NCBI GenBank assembly: GCA_964408085.1
Contig: CAYOYB010000001.1
Location: 128,066-192,065 of the forward strand
Direction: 5' to 3'
DNA: 64,000 nucleotides
Source: an uncultured Muribaculaceae bacterium
GTDB lineage: Bacteria; Bacillota_I; Bacilli_A; RF39; UBA660
Below are positions 34,416-43,912 of this stretch, in pieces. Numbering within the stretch: position 1 is the first letter of the stretch; each line of letters starts with the position of its first letter. Below the pieces are notes generated by a model. The model saw only the letters and a program-made list of their open reading frames with translations, was not told the origin of the DNA and made no database searches. Made by a program: the position numbers and the translations under genes.

Positions 34416-35123
34416 ATGTGTAAATTCTTGTTGATTAATGATATTAAATCAATTATTGATAAGAAAAAATATTTATTTATATATCTGTTATCAATAATAT
34501 TATATCCAATATTTATTAAATTTGTCTTAGACTATGATTTTCGTGAAAGTAATATTATAGAAATATTTTATCAAAATGTTGGTGGAACAACACAAATGAA
34601 TTCTTTAATAGAATATAGTCAATTGATACTAAATGTAGGTTTTATTGTATATGTGACAGTTTATTTATTTAATTTAAATATTGATTATGGCAAAGAAATA
34701 GTTTTTTTAAGAATACCTTATCAAAAATGGTTAGATTATAAATTATTATCAGAAACATTAATTGTTACAATTATTTCCATTATTGAGTTTTTGGTTTTGA
34801 TTTTGTTATATTCTTTATTTGGAACTTATTTTAGTATTATAAAAATATTTTCAATAATAATTAATAGTATAATTTCAAATATTATTTTAATGTTAATCAC
34901 AATTGGTTTATTTCAAGTTTCAAAAAAGTATTTTGCAATTATTCTTTCGTTAATTTATTTGATTACCATTATATTGTCCACTAGTTCAACATTTGAATTT
35001 TTATCAAATATAATTTTTAGTTCATTTTATAAAGGTTATGAAATAATATATTTAATCATATTATACATTATAATTTACAAAATTAGCATATTTAATATAT
35101 ATAAAATTTTTAGGAGGAAATAA
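34416..35123 (+). CDS. polytopic membrane protein (putative permease component 3)
   Basis: About 6 TM. 1-nt gaps to its neighbours. Confidence 0.6.
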   Translation: MCKFLLINDIKSIIDKKKYLFIYLLSIILYPIFIKFVLDYDFRESNIIEIFYQNVGGTTQMNSLIEYSQLILNVGFIVYVTVYLFNLNIDYGKEIVFLRIPYQKWLDYKLLSETLIVTIISIIEFLVLILLYSLFGTYFSIIKIFSIIINSIISNIILMLITIGLFQVSKKYFAIILSLIYLITIILSTSSTFEFLSNIIFSSFYKGYEIIYLIILYIIIYKISIFNIYKIFRRK

Positions 35124-35124
35124 A

Positions 35125-35754
35125 ATGTTAAAGTTAATAAATTTAAGCAAAAATATAGAAGGTAATTTAATATTGAAAAATATTAATTTAGAATTAAGAA
35201 AAGGAAAAATATATGGAATTATAGGAAGAAATGGTAGTGGAAAAACCATGCTTCTTAACACAATTTGTGGATTTATCAAGCCAACAGAGGGTAAAGTTTT
35301 ATATAATGAAACCAATATATATGAAGAAAAAAATTTTTTATCAGAAGCAAGAGCATTAATTGAGAAACCTAAGTTTATTACAAATTTGAGTGGATATGAA
35401 AATTTAGAATTATTAGCTGGTATTAATAATACTATAGGTAAAGAAGAAATTTTGCAAACGTTAAAAGATGTTGACCTTTTTGAAGAAAAAGATAAGAAAT
35501 ATCATAAATATTCATTAGGAATGAAACAAAAATTAGGAATTGCTCAAGTATTAATGGAAAATCCTTCTATAATGATATTTGATGAACCATTTAATGGTTT
35601 AGATCAAAAAAGTGCCGAAAAAATCAGAAAAAAAATAATTCAAATGAAAAAAGATAAAATTATTATTATTGCAACTCATATTAAGGAGGATATAGAAGAG
35701 TTATGTGACATTGTTTATACAATGGATTCTGGCTCTTTAACAATGAATGAATGA
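35125..35754 (+). CDS. ABC transporter ATP-binding protein (ABC-2/CcmA-like)
   Basis: Walker A GRNGSGKT, signature YSLGMKQKL, Walker B IMIFDEP, H-loop ATH. Confidence 0.9.
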   Translation: MLKLINLSKNIEGNLILKNINLELRKGKIYGIIGRNGSGKTMLLNTICGFIKPTEGKVLYNETNIYEEKNFLSEARALIEKPKFITNLSGYENLELLAGINNTIGKEEILQTLKDVDLFEEKDKKYHKYSLGMKQKLGIAQVLMENPSIMIFDEPFNGLDQKSAEKIRKKIIQMKKDKIIIIATHIKEDIEELCDIVYTMDSGSLTMNE

Positions 35755-36328
35755 TGTGTTTTTGCCCAACCTTATTAAAACGATAAAAATAACTTTGATT
35801 AGTTCAATAATATTCTTTTTATTTATATATATTTTTTTGATAAAATTTTATAGTAGTTATGACAAAAATATTTTTCAAATAAAATTTAATGATATAGATA
35901 TGAATTGTTATTATTCAGAACAATATAATAATATGTTTATAGTTAGTGCATCTTCATCTGGATACAATTCTGTTGAAAAAAATGTAAATGAAGTCGAATT
36001 AAAAGATGATATGTCTTTAGTAATTGATGAATATGAAGTATATTATAAGAATAATTATAAAAAAAATAATAATTTTAATTGGTTTTTTGATGCTAATTTA
36101 ATTTATAATAAAACAAATAATAATGTTATTAATATAAAAATTTATAGAATGAATAAAAAAATCTATGATGGTACTTTATTAGATAATTATAATGAAATTA
36201 TAGATGAACCAGGTAGATATTATTTCCATATATATAATAAAAGAAAAATCAATATATTGTCATCTGTCAACACCCATATTAGTTTTAATGTAATTATAGG
36301 TGGAGGAAACTATGAAGAAAAAAATTAA
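35747..36328 (+). CDS. N-terminally anchored protein of unknown function
   Basis: Single TM ITLISSIIFFLFIYIFLI. Overlaps the ATPase stop. Confidence 0.55.
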   Translation: MNDVFLPNLIKTIKITLISSIIFFLFIYIFLIKFYSSYDKNIFQIKFNDIDMNCYYSEQYNNMFIVSASSSGYNSVEKNVNEVELKDDMSLVIDEYEVYYKNNYKKNNNFNWFFDANLIYNKTNNNVINIKIYRMNKKIYDGTLLDNYNEIIDEPGRYYFHIYNKRKINILSSVNTHISFNVIIGGGNYEEKN

Positions 36329-36704
36329 AAATAATATTAATAAATTTTTATCTTATTACATAATAGGCATAATGCTTTTTTTACTAATATGTGTAGTTTC
36401 AATAAAATTGATAAATGATTATAATTCATATAAAATATCTGAAAATGACTTTACTATTTATGATAGTTATATAAAAGATGCCTATAATATTAATCCTAAT
36501 TTATTTAAATTTGATGAAAATAATATTGCAATAGTAAAAATGGATGAATTACTTACAGTTACTAATGGCATTGATACTATATATTTTGGAGTTATTCCTA
36601 TAGACAGAAATCAAAATCAATGTGTTGGGTATTTTGTCATAAGGAAGGTAATGGACGAAATAGAAATAGATAGTTCACACCTTTGTGATATGATTGATTA
36701 TTAA
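36312..36704 (+). CDS. N-terminally anchored protein of unknown function
   Basis: ATG 36312 (GGTGGAGG upstream). Single TM. Confidence 0.55.
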   Translation: MKKKIKNNINKFLSYYIIGIMLFLLICVVSIKLINDYNSYKISENDFTIYDSYIKDAYNINPNLFKFDENNIAIVKMDELLTVTNGIDTIYFGVIPIDRNQNQCVGYFVIRKVMDEIEIDSSHLCDMIDY

Positions 36705-36772
36705 AAGTGAAATTATAATATCTTTTGCATAATCATAACAAATAAAAAATTTAAAAAATTTAAACCGTTCCG

Positions 36773-36801
36773 TTGACGTTCCTAAAAAAATGTGCTATTA
36801 T
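36773..36801 (+). promoter_or_regulatory. sigma-A-type promoter with extended -10
   Basis: TTGACG (36773-36778), 17 nt spacer, TGcTATTAT (-10 at 36796-36801). Confidence 0.65.
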
Positions 36802-36810
36802 GGTAATATA

Positions 36811-36882
36811 GGGAAAATGTAAAAAGGAGTAGATAGGTATATTTTTATACCTGTTTTTTTATACACATTTTCTCTTTTTTTT
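36811..36882 (+). terminator. promoter-proximal compound hairpin with two U-tracts (attenuator or small-RNA candidate)
   Basis: Inner stem aggtata/tatacct (36835-36852) followed by gTTTTTTT. Outer stem gggaaaatgt/acattttctc (36811-36820 with 36865-36874) followed by TTTTTTTT. Confidence 0.6.
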
Positions 36883-36956
36883 GTTGAAAAGAAAGGGGAT
36901 GATAATGATTTGCTGTTTTTTTAATTTGTAGTACCAATAATTGAAAGGAGAATATT

Positions 36957-39900
36957 GTGAAGAAAATTGGTAAGAAGTTAAAAAAATTTTTAAATGCAGT
37001 TATGGTAGTAGGAATTATAATAAATTCTATTCCGATTACCCCACTTATACCTAAAGTTAATGCACTTTCAAAAGTTTCTGGAGATAAAATTATAGAAACA
37101 GCTATGACTTATAGTGATTGGGGGTATTGGGAAGTAGGTACTTGTACAGGTTTGGTTACTCGTACATTGAATAAATTAGGAATAGGGCAATCAATAGTAG
37201 GAATTCATCCATACGATATTGATACACCACAACCAGTTGGTACTGGTGCAAGATATGCTCCAGATATGATGTACATAAATGCCATAAATCATCCTGAAGA
37301 TGCACAATATATTTGGTCAGGATATATTAAAGATGTACAAGCCAATGCAGATTTATTTGAAAATGGGGATCTTGTTATTCAAAGACCAGAAGATCGAGCT
37401 AATTATACTGGAGATGGTCACGTAGGATTAATTCATAAATATGGTAATACTATATCTATGTATGGAGCGAATGGAGATCCAAATGGTGTAGGAGATGCTG
37501 TATTAGCAACTAATATTATGACTCGTGGAACAACAGTAAGAGTAAATCCATTAGATTTTATTCATGTATTTAGATTAACTAAAGCAGAGCCAGAGTATGC
37601 TACTCTATCATCAGAAAAATCTTCAAGTGAGGTTGTTAATGTTTCGTTTTATAAAACTGATAAAGATACAGGAAAACCTTTATCTGGTGTAGAAGTAGAA
37701 TTTTATAGAGATGACGTAAAGTTTGCAACAGCAATTACCGATGAAAATGGACGTGCTGAAGCAACTTCAACTGTTATTCATTCTGCGTCATCATCTCCTA
37801 AAACTTATTGTACAAATTATAATGATTTAGGTGATGAAGAAAAAGCAGAGGTTGATCAACGAGGTGCTTATCATAGTCAAGTTGAAGCACAAGCAGCAGC
37901 TGATTCTGAAGCACAAAAAGATGCAACAGAAAAGGCATCTAAAACTCACAAATATAGTGTAGTAGAAGTAAAAACAAAAACAAAATATTGGTTAAATCCA
38001 GATAATACAACCGATAGTGATTCAGCTACTGGTAGTGGAAGTATTAGTTTAAGTTTGTCTAATGAAAGAGTATTTGGTACAGCTATTTTAGTTAAGGAAG
38101 ATTCAGATGTAGTTTATAGTCAAAATTCTGCTGAAATAGATGGGGCTTTATATGGATTATATGCTAATGAAAATATTTTAGATCCAGCTGATGGTTCAAT
38201 CATTTATAATAAAGATGATGAAATTACCAGAGTTCGTATTGAGAATGGTTCTGCAAAAGTAGAAGAGTTATACTTAGGTTCATACTATTGGCGTGAATTG
38301 ACTAGTAGCACTGGATATAAACTTAATCCAAATAAAGAAATTTTTACACTAAGTTATTCATCTCAAAATTCAAAAGTAGTAACTGCTAAATCTATATCAA
38401 AAGAGAATGTTATTACTGGTGATTTTGAAATTGAAAAAATAATTACTTCAGGGGAAGAATCAGAAACAGTAGAAAAAGAGGAAGGAGCAGAATTCTTAGT
38501 AGTTGCTAAAAAATATGTAGATCAGTATGGTGATATAGAAACAGCATGGGAGCATAGAAATGAATTTACAGATAAAGAATATGATAAATTAGTTACAAAT
38601 AAAAAAGGATATGCTAAAAGTAGACAGTTAGCGTATGGCGATTTTGTAATAAAACAGGTAAAAGGAAAAATGGATACAGAATTAGTTGAAAAAACATTTA
38701 CTTTTACAGTATCAAAAGAAAATCAAGATACGATAAAATATATTATTAACAATCGTTTGTTTACTTCTTATGTCAAAATTCAAAAGGTAGATTCAGAAAC
38801 AGGAAAGTTAATAACTATGTCAAATACTTCTTTTAAAATTAAAAATGCCGAAACTGGAGAATATTTAACTCAAAAGGTGGGAGAAACAACTTTTGATACT
38901 TGGAAAACAACAGACAAAGGTATGATTCAATTACCACTAGAAGTAAAAGCAGGAGATTGGATACTTGAAGAAATAGAAAGCCCAGATAAATATTTAATTA
39001 ATAAAGAAGGATTAAGTTTTAAAGTCACAAATACTAATGTTATTGAAACGGATTCAGATGGAGATCCTATATTAACTGTTGTAATGGAAGATAAGGCAGT
39101 CAAAGGTAGAGTAAAAGTAGAAAAATTTGGAGAAGTTTTAACTGGTATTGAAAAAGATGAAAAAGGCAATATTAAATTTATTTATGAAGAAAGACCATTA
39201 GAAGGTATGGAATTCTACATTCAAGCTGATGAAGATATTTTAGATCCAGCTGATAGTTCAATAATTTATAAAAAGGGTGATTTAGTTGATGTTATTGTTA
39301 CAACATCATCAGGAGAAGCTGTATCTAAATTATTACCATTAGGAAAATATGTTGGATTTGAACATCAAGCTCCAAATACAATGTTAGTTGATACAAATCA
39401 ATATAAGATATCATTAGATTTCATTAATAATGAAACAGAAGTTGTTATGGAAACAATTTCAATCACAAATGATCGTCAGAAAGTTGAAACAGATTTAACT
39501 AAATTAGATAAAGATACTAACACAGCACTTGAAGGTGTTGTTTTTAATTTAACTGCAATCAAAGATATTGTATCTTATGATGGCAAAGTTTTAGTAAAAT
39601 CTGGAACTTTGATAGAACAAGGTATCACTAATTCAGAGGGTAGATACATTTTTAATGCAGATTTGCCTATTTCATTAGATGATGAAACTTATTTTGAAAT
39701 AACAGAGGAAAAGCAATTAGAAGGGTATTATGAGAATAAGGAATCTATTTCATTAGATACTAAGTATAAAGGACAAAATATTGAGAAAATATCTAATAGT
39801 CAAACTATCTATAATGAAATAATCAAAAATTACATTTTAGTTAATAAAGTAGATTCTCAGACACTAGAAAATATTATTAGTAAAGATTTTAAATTTAAAG

Positions 39901-40286
39901 TATGTAAAGATATAGAATGTAATGAAGTTATTGGTGAATATAGTGCAGATGTAGAAAAAGGAACAGCATTGATAGATGTAATGTATGGAACAACAATCTT
40001 TATTTCTGAATCACAAGCACCTGAAGGATACTTATTGAGTCCAGAGGTAGTAAAAGTAAGTCTTAATGCAGAAGGTCTTTTTGTTAATGATCAACTTGTA
40101 GAAACTGATGAAGATTTATTATATAGCATCAAGTACCAAAATACTTTACTACCTGTAATTCAAGAACAAGGCGTACAAACTGGATATGACAATAATATGC
40201 CTTTATATATTGCAATTAGTGGATTATCACTAACAGGTGTAATAACAATTGTTATCTCATTGCGTAAGAAGAAAAAAAGAAAATAG
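36957..40286 (+). CDS. cell-surface protein: N-terminal NlpC/P60- or CHAP-like Cys/His domain, Cna-B/SpaA-type repeats, VQTG-type sorting signal
   Basis: GTG start with AAAGGAG. Signal peptide. EVGTCTGLV ... GDGHVGLIH. Repeated VSFYKTDKDTGKPLSGVEVEFY / YVKIQKVDSETGK / LTKLDKDTNTALEGVVFNL beta-sandwich repeats. C-terminus GVQTG plus hydrophobic helix plus RKKKKRK. Confidence 0.8.
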   Translation: MKKIGKKLKKFLNAVMVVGIIINSIPITPLIPKVNALSKVSGDKIIETAMTYSDWGYWEVGTCTGLVTRTLNKLGIGQSIVGIHPYDIDTPQPVGTGARYAPDMMYINAINHPEDAQYIWSGYIKDVQANADLFENGDLVIQRPEDRANYTGDGHVGLIHKYGNTISMYGANGDPNGVGDAVLATNIMTRGTTVRVNPLDFIHVFRLTKAEPEYATLSSEKSSSEVVNVSFYKTDKDTGKPLSGVEVEFYRDDVKFATAITDENGRAEATSTVIHSASSSPKTYCTNYNDLGDEEKAEVDQRGAYHSQVEAQAAADSEAQKDATEKASKTHKYSVVEVKTKTKYWLNPDNTTDSDSATGSGSISLSLSNERVFGTAILVKEDSDVVYSQNSAEIDGALYGLYANENILDPADGSIIYNKDDEITRVRIENGSAKVEELYLGSYYWRELTSSTGYKLNPNKEIFTLSYSSQNSKVVTAKSISKENVITGDFEIEKIITSGEESETVEKEEGAEFLVVAKKYVDQYGDIETAWEHRNEFTDKEYDKLVTNKKGYAKSRQLAYGDFVIKQVKGKMDTELVEKTFTFTVSKENQDTIKYIINNRLFTSYVKIQKVDSETGKLITMSNTSFKIKNAETGEYLTQKVGETTFDTWKTTDKGMIQLPLEVKAGDWILEEIESPDKYLINKEGLSFKVTNTNVIETDSDGDPILTVVMEDKAVKGRVKVEKFGEVLTGIEKDEKGNIKFIYEERPLEGMEFYIQADEDILDPADSSIIYKKGDLVDVIVTTSSGEAVSKLLPLGKYVGFEHQAPNTMLVDTNQYKISLDFINNETEVVMETISITNDRQKVETDLTKLDKDTNTALEGVVFNLTAIKDIVSYDGKVLVKSGTLIEQGITNSEGRYIFNADLPISLDDETYFEITEEKQLEGYYENKESISLDTKYKGQNIEKISNSQTIYNEIIKNYILVNKVDSQTLENIISKDFKFKVCKDIECNEVIGEYSADVEKGTALIDVMYGTTIFISESQAPEGYLLSPEVVKVSLNAEGLFVNDQLVETDEDLLYSIKYQNTLLPVIQEQGVQTGYDNNMPLYIAISGLSLTGVITIVISLRKKKKRK

Positions 40287-40311
40287 TTTTATTTATTAAG
40301 AGGGACAAATA

Positions 40312-43300
40312 ATGATAAAGAAATATGTTGTTATTGAATGTTCAGAAACAAAGTATTATAAAAATGTTCCATATATATCAAAAAAAGAGTTTAATAAATC
40401 TGAAGATAATGTAGTTGTTGGGAAAACTAGATTGAAAAAATATGAATCTAGCTCTGAAAATAAAGAGTTAGATTTATTATTTTACGATAATGAGAAGTAT
40501 GAAATAAAAGAAAGAATATTAGGATTTAAAAAGGGATACATTTCAGTTGGTAATAATAACTATATTGAATTAAAAAGACGTATCCCTCTTTTTTTCTTCC
40601 TTCTCTTTCTCTTTTTAATTTTATCATTCTTTTTTTGCTTTATGAATTTAGATAGGAAAATCAAAGGTGAACCAATTAAGAATCCAGCTCATGAAGACAT
40701 TATTATACCAGAAGAAAAGGATAACGAAATTATTTCGGATGATAATGTAGAGAAGCCAAATTCTAAAAATAATGTTGATAAAAAACCTGATAAAACATTA
40801 CCATCATCTATTCCTCAAATAAATAAAGACTATGAGATTTTATTTGATGCAAATGGTGGTTATGGTAATATGAATTCTATAACTTGTAAAGTTGATGAAG
40901 AATGTAGTTTAATAAAAAATGAATTTATTAGAGATGGATATACTTTTATAGGATGGTCAACAACAAAATCTGAAAAATCAGTATATGATGATAATTCAAA
41001 AATAGAAAGTCTATCCACAAAACCTGGGGAACAAATTATTTTATATGCAATTTGGGGTATTAATTCATACAAAATAACCTTTTTAGATTACAATGAGTCA
41101 ATTATCAAAGAAGATATTATAAATTATGGAGAGAAAATAATCAAACCAGAAAATCCTATTAGAGATGGATATACTTTTATAGGGTGGGATAACGAAGTAG
41201 ATGTAGTGAAAGAAGAAGTTAAAATAACTGCTTTGTATGATATTAATGATTATAATATAAGTTATAATTTAAATGGTGGAAAATTAGAGAATGCACCAGT
41301 GAATTATAATGTTGAGAATGAGGAAATTGTAATACCTTCACCAGAAAAGCTAGGATACACGTTCATAGGATGGACGACACCAGGAAATGAAGAACCAGTT
41401 ATTGAGTATAGAATAAAAGCAGGTTCAATAGGGAACAAAGAATTAATAGCCAATTATGATGCTAATTCTTATAATCTGATATTTAATTCAAAAGATGATA
41501 ATGATTCATTGATTACTAGAGTTGTAAAGTTTGATACTGAATATGGTGAATTACCAGATATATCTAAAGAAGGTTATAATTTTATAGGTTGGAAAAATTC
41601 AGATGATGAATTTGTTTCAAGTGAAACTAAACATGACATTCCTAAAGATGTAAATTTATATGCTGAATGGGAAATTATTACTTATGATATAAGTTATAAT
41701 TTAAATGGTGGAAAATTAGAAAATGCACCAATGAATTATAATGTCGATTCTGAAGAAATTGTAATACCTTCACCAGAAAAAATAGGATATAGATTCATAG
41801 GATGGACGACACCAGGAAATGAAGAACCAGTTATTGAGTATAGAATAAAAACAGGTTCAATAGGAAACAAGGAACTAATAGCTAATTATGAAGCAATTTC
41901 TTATTATATTTCGTATGATTCATCAAATGGTGAAGGAAATATGAATAGAGATACAATTCATTATGAACAATCAAAAAAATTGAGTAGAAATATATTTACA
42001 AAAGAAGGTTATACTTTTATAGGATGGTCAACAACAAAAAATGGAGATGTTGTATATGAAGATGAAGCTGAAATTTACAATTTAACTTCAAAAGATGGTC
42101 AAACTATAACTTTATATGCAAGATGGGAAATCATCAAATTTAATGTTAAATATTATGATTTATTTGGTGCTTTATTAAAAGAAGAATCTGTAAATTATGG
42201 TAATAAATCAGTCGCACCAGAAGATCCGTTTATAAATGGTTATACATTTATTAAATGGACTCCATCAGACAATGTAATCAAATCAGATACAATTTATAGA
42301 GCTGAATATTCTATTAATGAATACACAGTAAAGTATGATTTAAATATAGGTACTGATAATGATTTAAATGTAGTCAATTATAACGTTGAATCAGATACAA
42401 TTACTTTACCAATACCAGAAAGAACAGGATACACGTTTTTAGGATGGTCGGGTTCAAATGGATTAAAACCTCAGGTAGAAGTTGTAATTCCAAGAGGTTC
42501 AATAGGAAATAAAACTTATAAAGCAAACTGGGTATCCAATGTTTACAAGGTAAGTTTAAATGCAAATGGTGGAATTGTAGATATACCATTAATTTCTGTT
42601 TCATATAATAGTGTTTATGGTATGATTCCACAACCAAGTAGAACAGGATATACATTCTTAGGTTGGTATTATGGTGATAAATTAATTGAAGCATCTACAT
42701 TACAAAATCAAAACTCTGATCATGAATTAGTAGCTAGATGGAAAACTATTACCTATAATATAAGTTATAATTTAAACGGTGGAACAGCATCCACATTAAA
42801 ACAAACTTATAATGTGGAAACAGAAACATTTACATTAGCAATACCAGAAAAAACAGGATATAAATTTTTAGGATGGACTGGTTCAAATGGAACAACACCA
42901 ACAAAAGATGTTAGTATCTCTAAAGGTAGTGTAGGAGATAAAGCATATACTGCTAATTGGGAAAGAATTACCTATAATATAAGTTATAATTTAAATGGTG
43001 GGACAGCATCCACATTAAAACAAACTTATAATGTAGAAACAGAAACATTTACGTTGCCAAAACCAAGCAGGACAGGGTATACGTTCTTAGGATGGACTGG
43101 TTCAAATGGAACAACACCATCAAAAAATGTTAGCATTTCTAAAGGTAGTGTAGGAGATAAAACGTATACTGCCAATTGGGAAGCTATCAATTATGATATT
43201 ACTTACAACTTGAGTGGTGGAACAGCATCGCCATTACAAACTAGTTATAATGTAGAAAGTAATACATTTACGTTACCAAAACCAGACAGAACAGGATATA

Positions 43301-43896
43301 CGTTCTTAGGATGGACTGGTACAGGATTAGATTCTGCTACAAAAAATGTTGTCATAAGCAAAGGTTCAACAGGAAATAGAAATTATACAGCTACCTGGTC
43401 AAAAAATTACTATACAGTCAATTATTATATAAATGATAGTTTGTGGTCAACAAGAACAGTTGGATATAATGATTCCTTAGAAAATCTTAATGGGCAATCA
43501 GCACTTGATGGATATCATACTTTTCACGGATGGAATGGTTGGGTAGATAATATGCCAAATCATGATGTTGATTTATATGCTGATGTTACTGAAGCATATT
43601 GCAATTTAATGACTGGACATGGTGAATATGGCAATGCTAGTGGATTATTAAATGTATTTCAGTCAGCAGGATGGGAAGGTCATATTGAAGAAACACCTTA
43701 TTTCCCTGGAAACTATTTGGTTGTTACTGAGTTCACTTTGACAAGGGCTGAAGCTGAAATTCAAAAAAATTATATAGCATCCCATACAAACTATACAAAT
43801 TATAACTTCCCTTACTTATATTGGGTTTCAGTAAGTTGTACAAACGGATATGGTGAAGCATGGACTCGTAATGTTGGTCAAAGTTCTTTTAATTAA
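40312..43896 (+). CDS. giant type-II membrane protein with about 13 Listeria-Bacteroides (Flg_new / InlB B-repeat) repeats
   Basis: N-terminal about 90 aa, then TM (PLFFFLLFLFLILSFFFCF). Many repeats end in GYTFIGW / GYTFLGW. Unassigned C-terminal 120 aa. Confidence 0.8.
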   Translation: MIKKYVVIECSETKYYKNVPYISKKEFNKSEDNVVVGKTRLKKYESSSENKELDLLFYDNEKYEIKERILGFKKGYISVGNNNYIELKRRIPLFFFLLFLFLILSFFFCFMNLDRKIKGEPIKNPAHEDIIIPEEKDNEIISDDNVEKPNSKNNVDKKPDKTLPSSIPQINKDYEILFDANGGYGNMNSITCKVDEECSLIKNEFIRDGYTFIGWSTTKSEKSVYDDNSKIESLSTKPGEQIILYAIWGINSYKITFLDYNESIIKEDIINYGEKIIKPENPIRDGYTFIGWDNEVDVVKEEVKITALYDINDYNISYNLNGGKLENAPVNYNVENEEIVIPSPEKLGYTFIGWTTPGNEEPVIEYRIKAGSIGNKELIANYDANSYNLIFNSKDDNDSLITRVVKFDTEYGELPDISKEGYNFIGWKNSDDEFVSSETKHDIPKDVNLYAEWEIITYDISYNLNGGKLENAPMNYNVDSEEIVIPSPEKIGYRFIGWTTPGNEEPVIEYRIKTGSIGNKELIANYEAISYYISYDSSNGEGNMNRDTIHYEQSKKLSRNIFTKEGYTFIGWSTTKNGDVVYEDEAEIYNLTSKDGQTITLYARWEIIKFNVKYYDLFGALLKEESVNYGNKSVAPEDPFINGYTFIKWTPSDNVIKSDTIYRAEYSINEYTVKYDLNIGTDNDLNVVNYNVESDTITLPIPERTGYTFLGWSGSNGLKPQVEVVIPRGSIGNKTYKANWVSNVYKVSLNANGGIVDIPLISVSYNSVYGMIPQPSRTGYTFLGWYYGDKLIEASTLQNQNSDHELVARWKTITYNISYNLNGGTASTLKQTYNVETETFTLAIPEKTGYKFLGWTGSNGTTPTKDVSISKGSVGDKAYTANWERITYNISYNLNGGTASTLKQTYNVETETFTLPKPSRTGYTFLGWTGSNGTTPSKNVSISKGSVGDKTYTANWEAINYDITYNLSGGTASPLQTSYNVESNTFTLPKPDRTGYTFLGWTGTGLDSATKNVVISKGSTGNRNYTATWSKNYYTVNYYINDSLWSTRTVGYNDSLENLNGQSALDGYHTFHGWNGWVDNMPNHDVDLYADVTEAYCNLMTGHGEYGNASGLLNVFQSAGWEGHIEETPYFPGNYLVVTEFTLTRAEAEIQKNYIASHTNYTNYNFPYLYWVSVSCTNGYGEAWTRNVGQSSFN
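41251..41904. repeat. two about 222-bp near-identical intragenic repeats (41251-41472 and 41683-41904)
   Basis: Long identical runs, e.g. ataagttataatttaaatggtggaaaattaga and ggatggacgacaccaggaaatgaagaaccagttattgagtatagaataaaa. Confidence 0.8.
42748..43404. repeat. 3 x 219-bp tandem intragenic repeat (first two copies near-identical)
   Basis: Units start at 42748, 42967 and 43186. Shared runs include attacctataatataagttataatttaaa and ggatggactggttcaaatggaacaacacca. Confidence 0.8.
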
Positions 43897-43912
43897 AAGG
43901 TCTGGTGAAAAT

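Noticed and set aside
40312-43896. Possibility that the near-identical repeats belong to a diversity-generating retroelement or an invertible phase-variation switch
   Set aside because: There is no reverse transcriptase, no template repeat outside the gene, no invertase, and no inverted repeats flanking a promoter. The repeats are direct, in-frame copies of a protein repeat.
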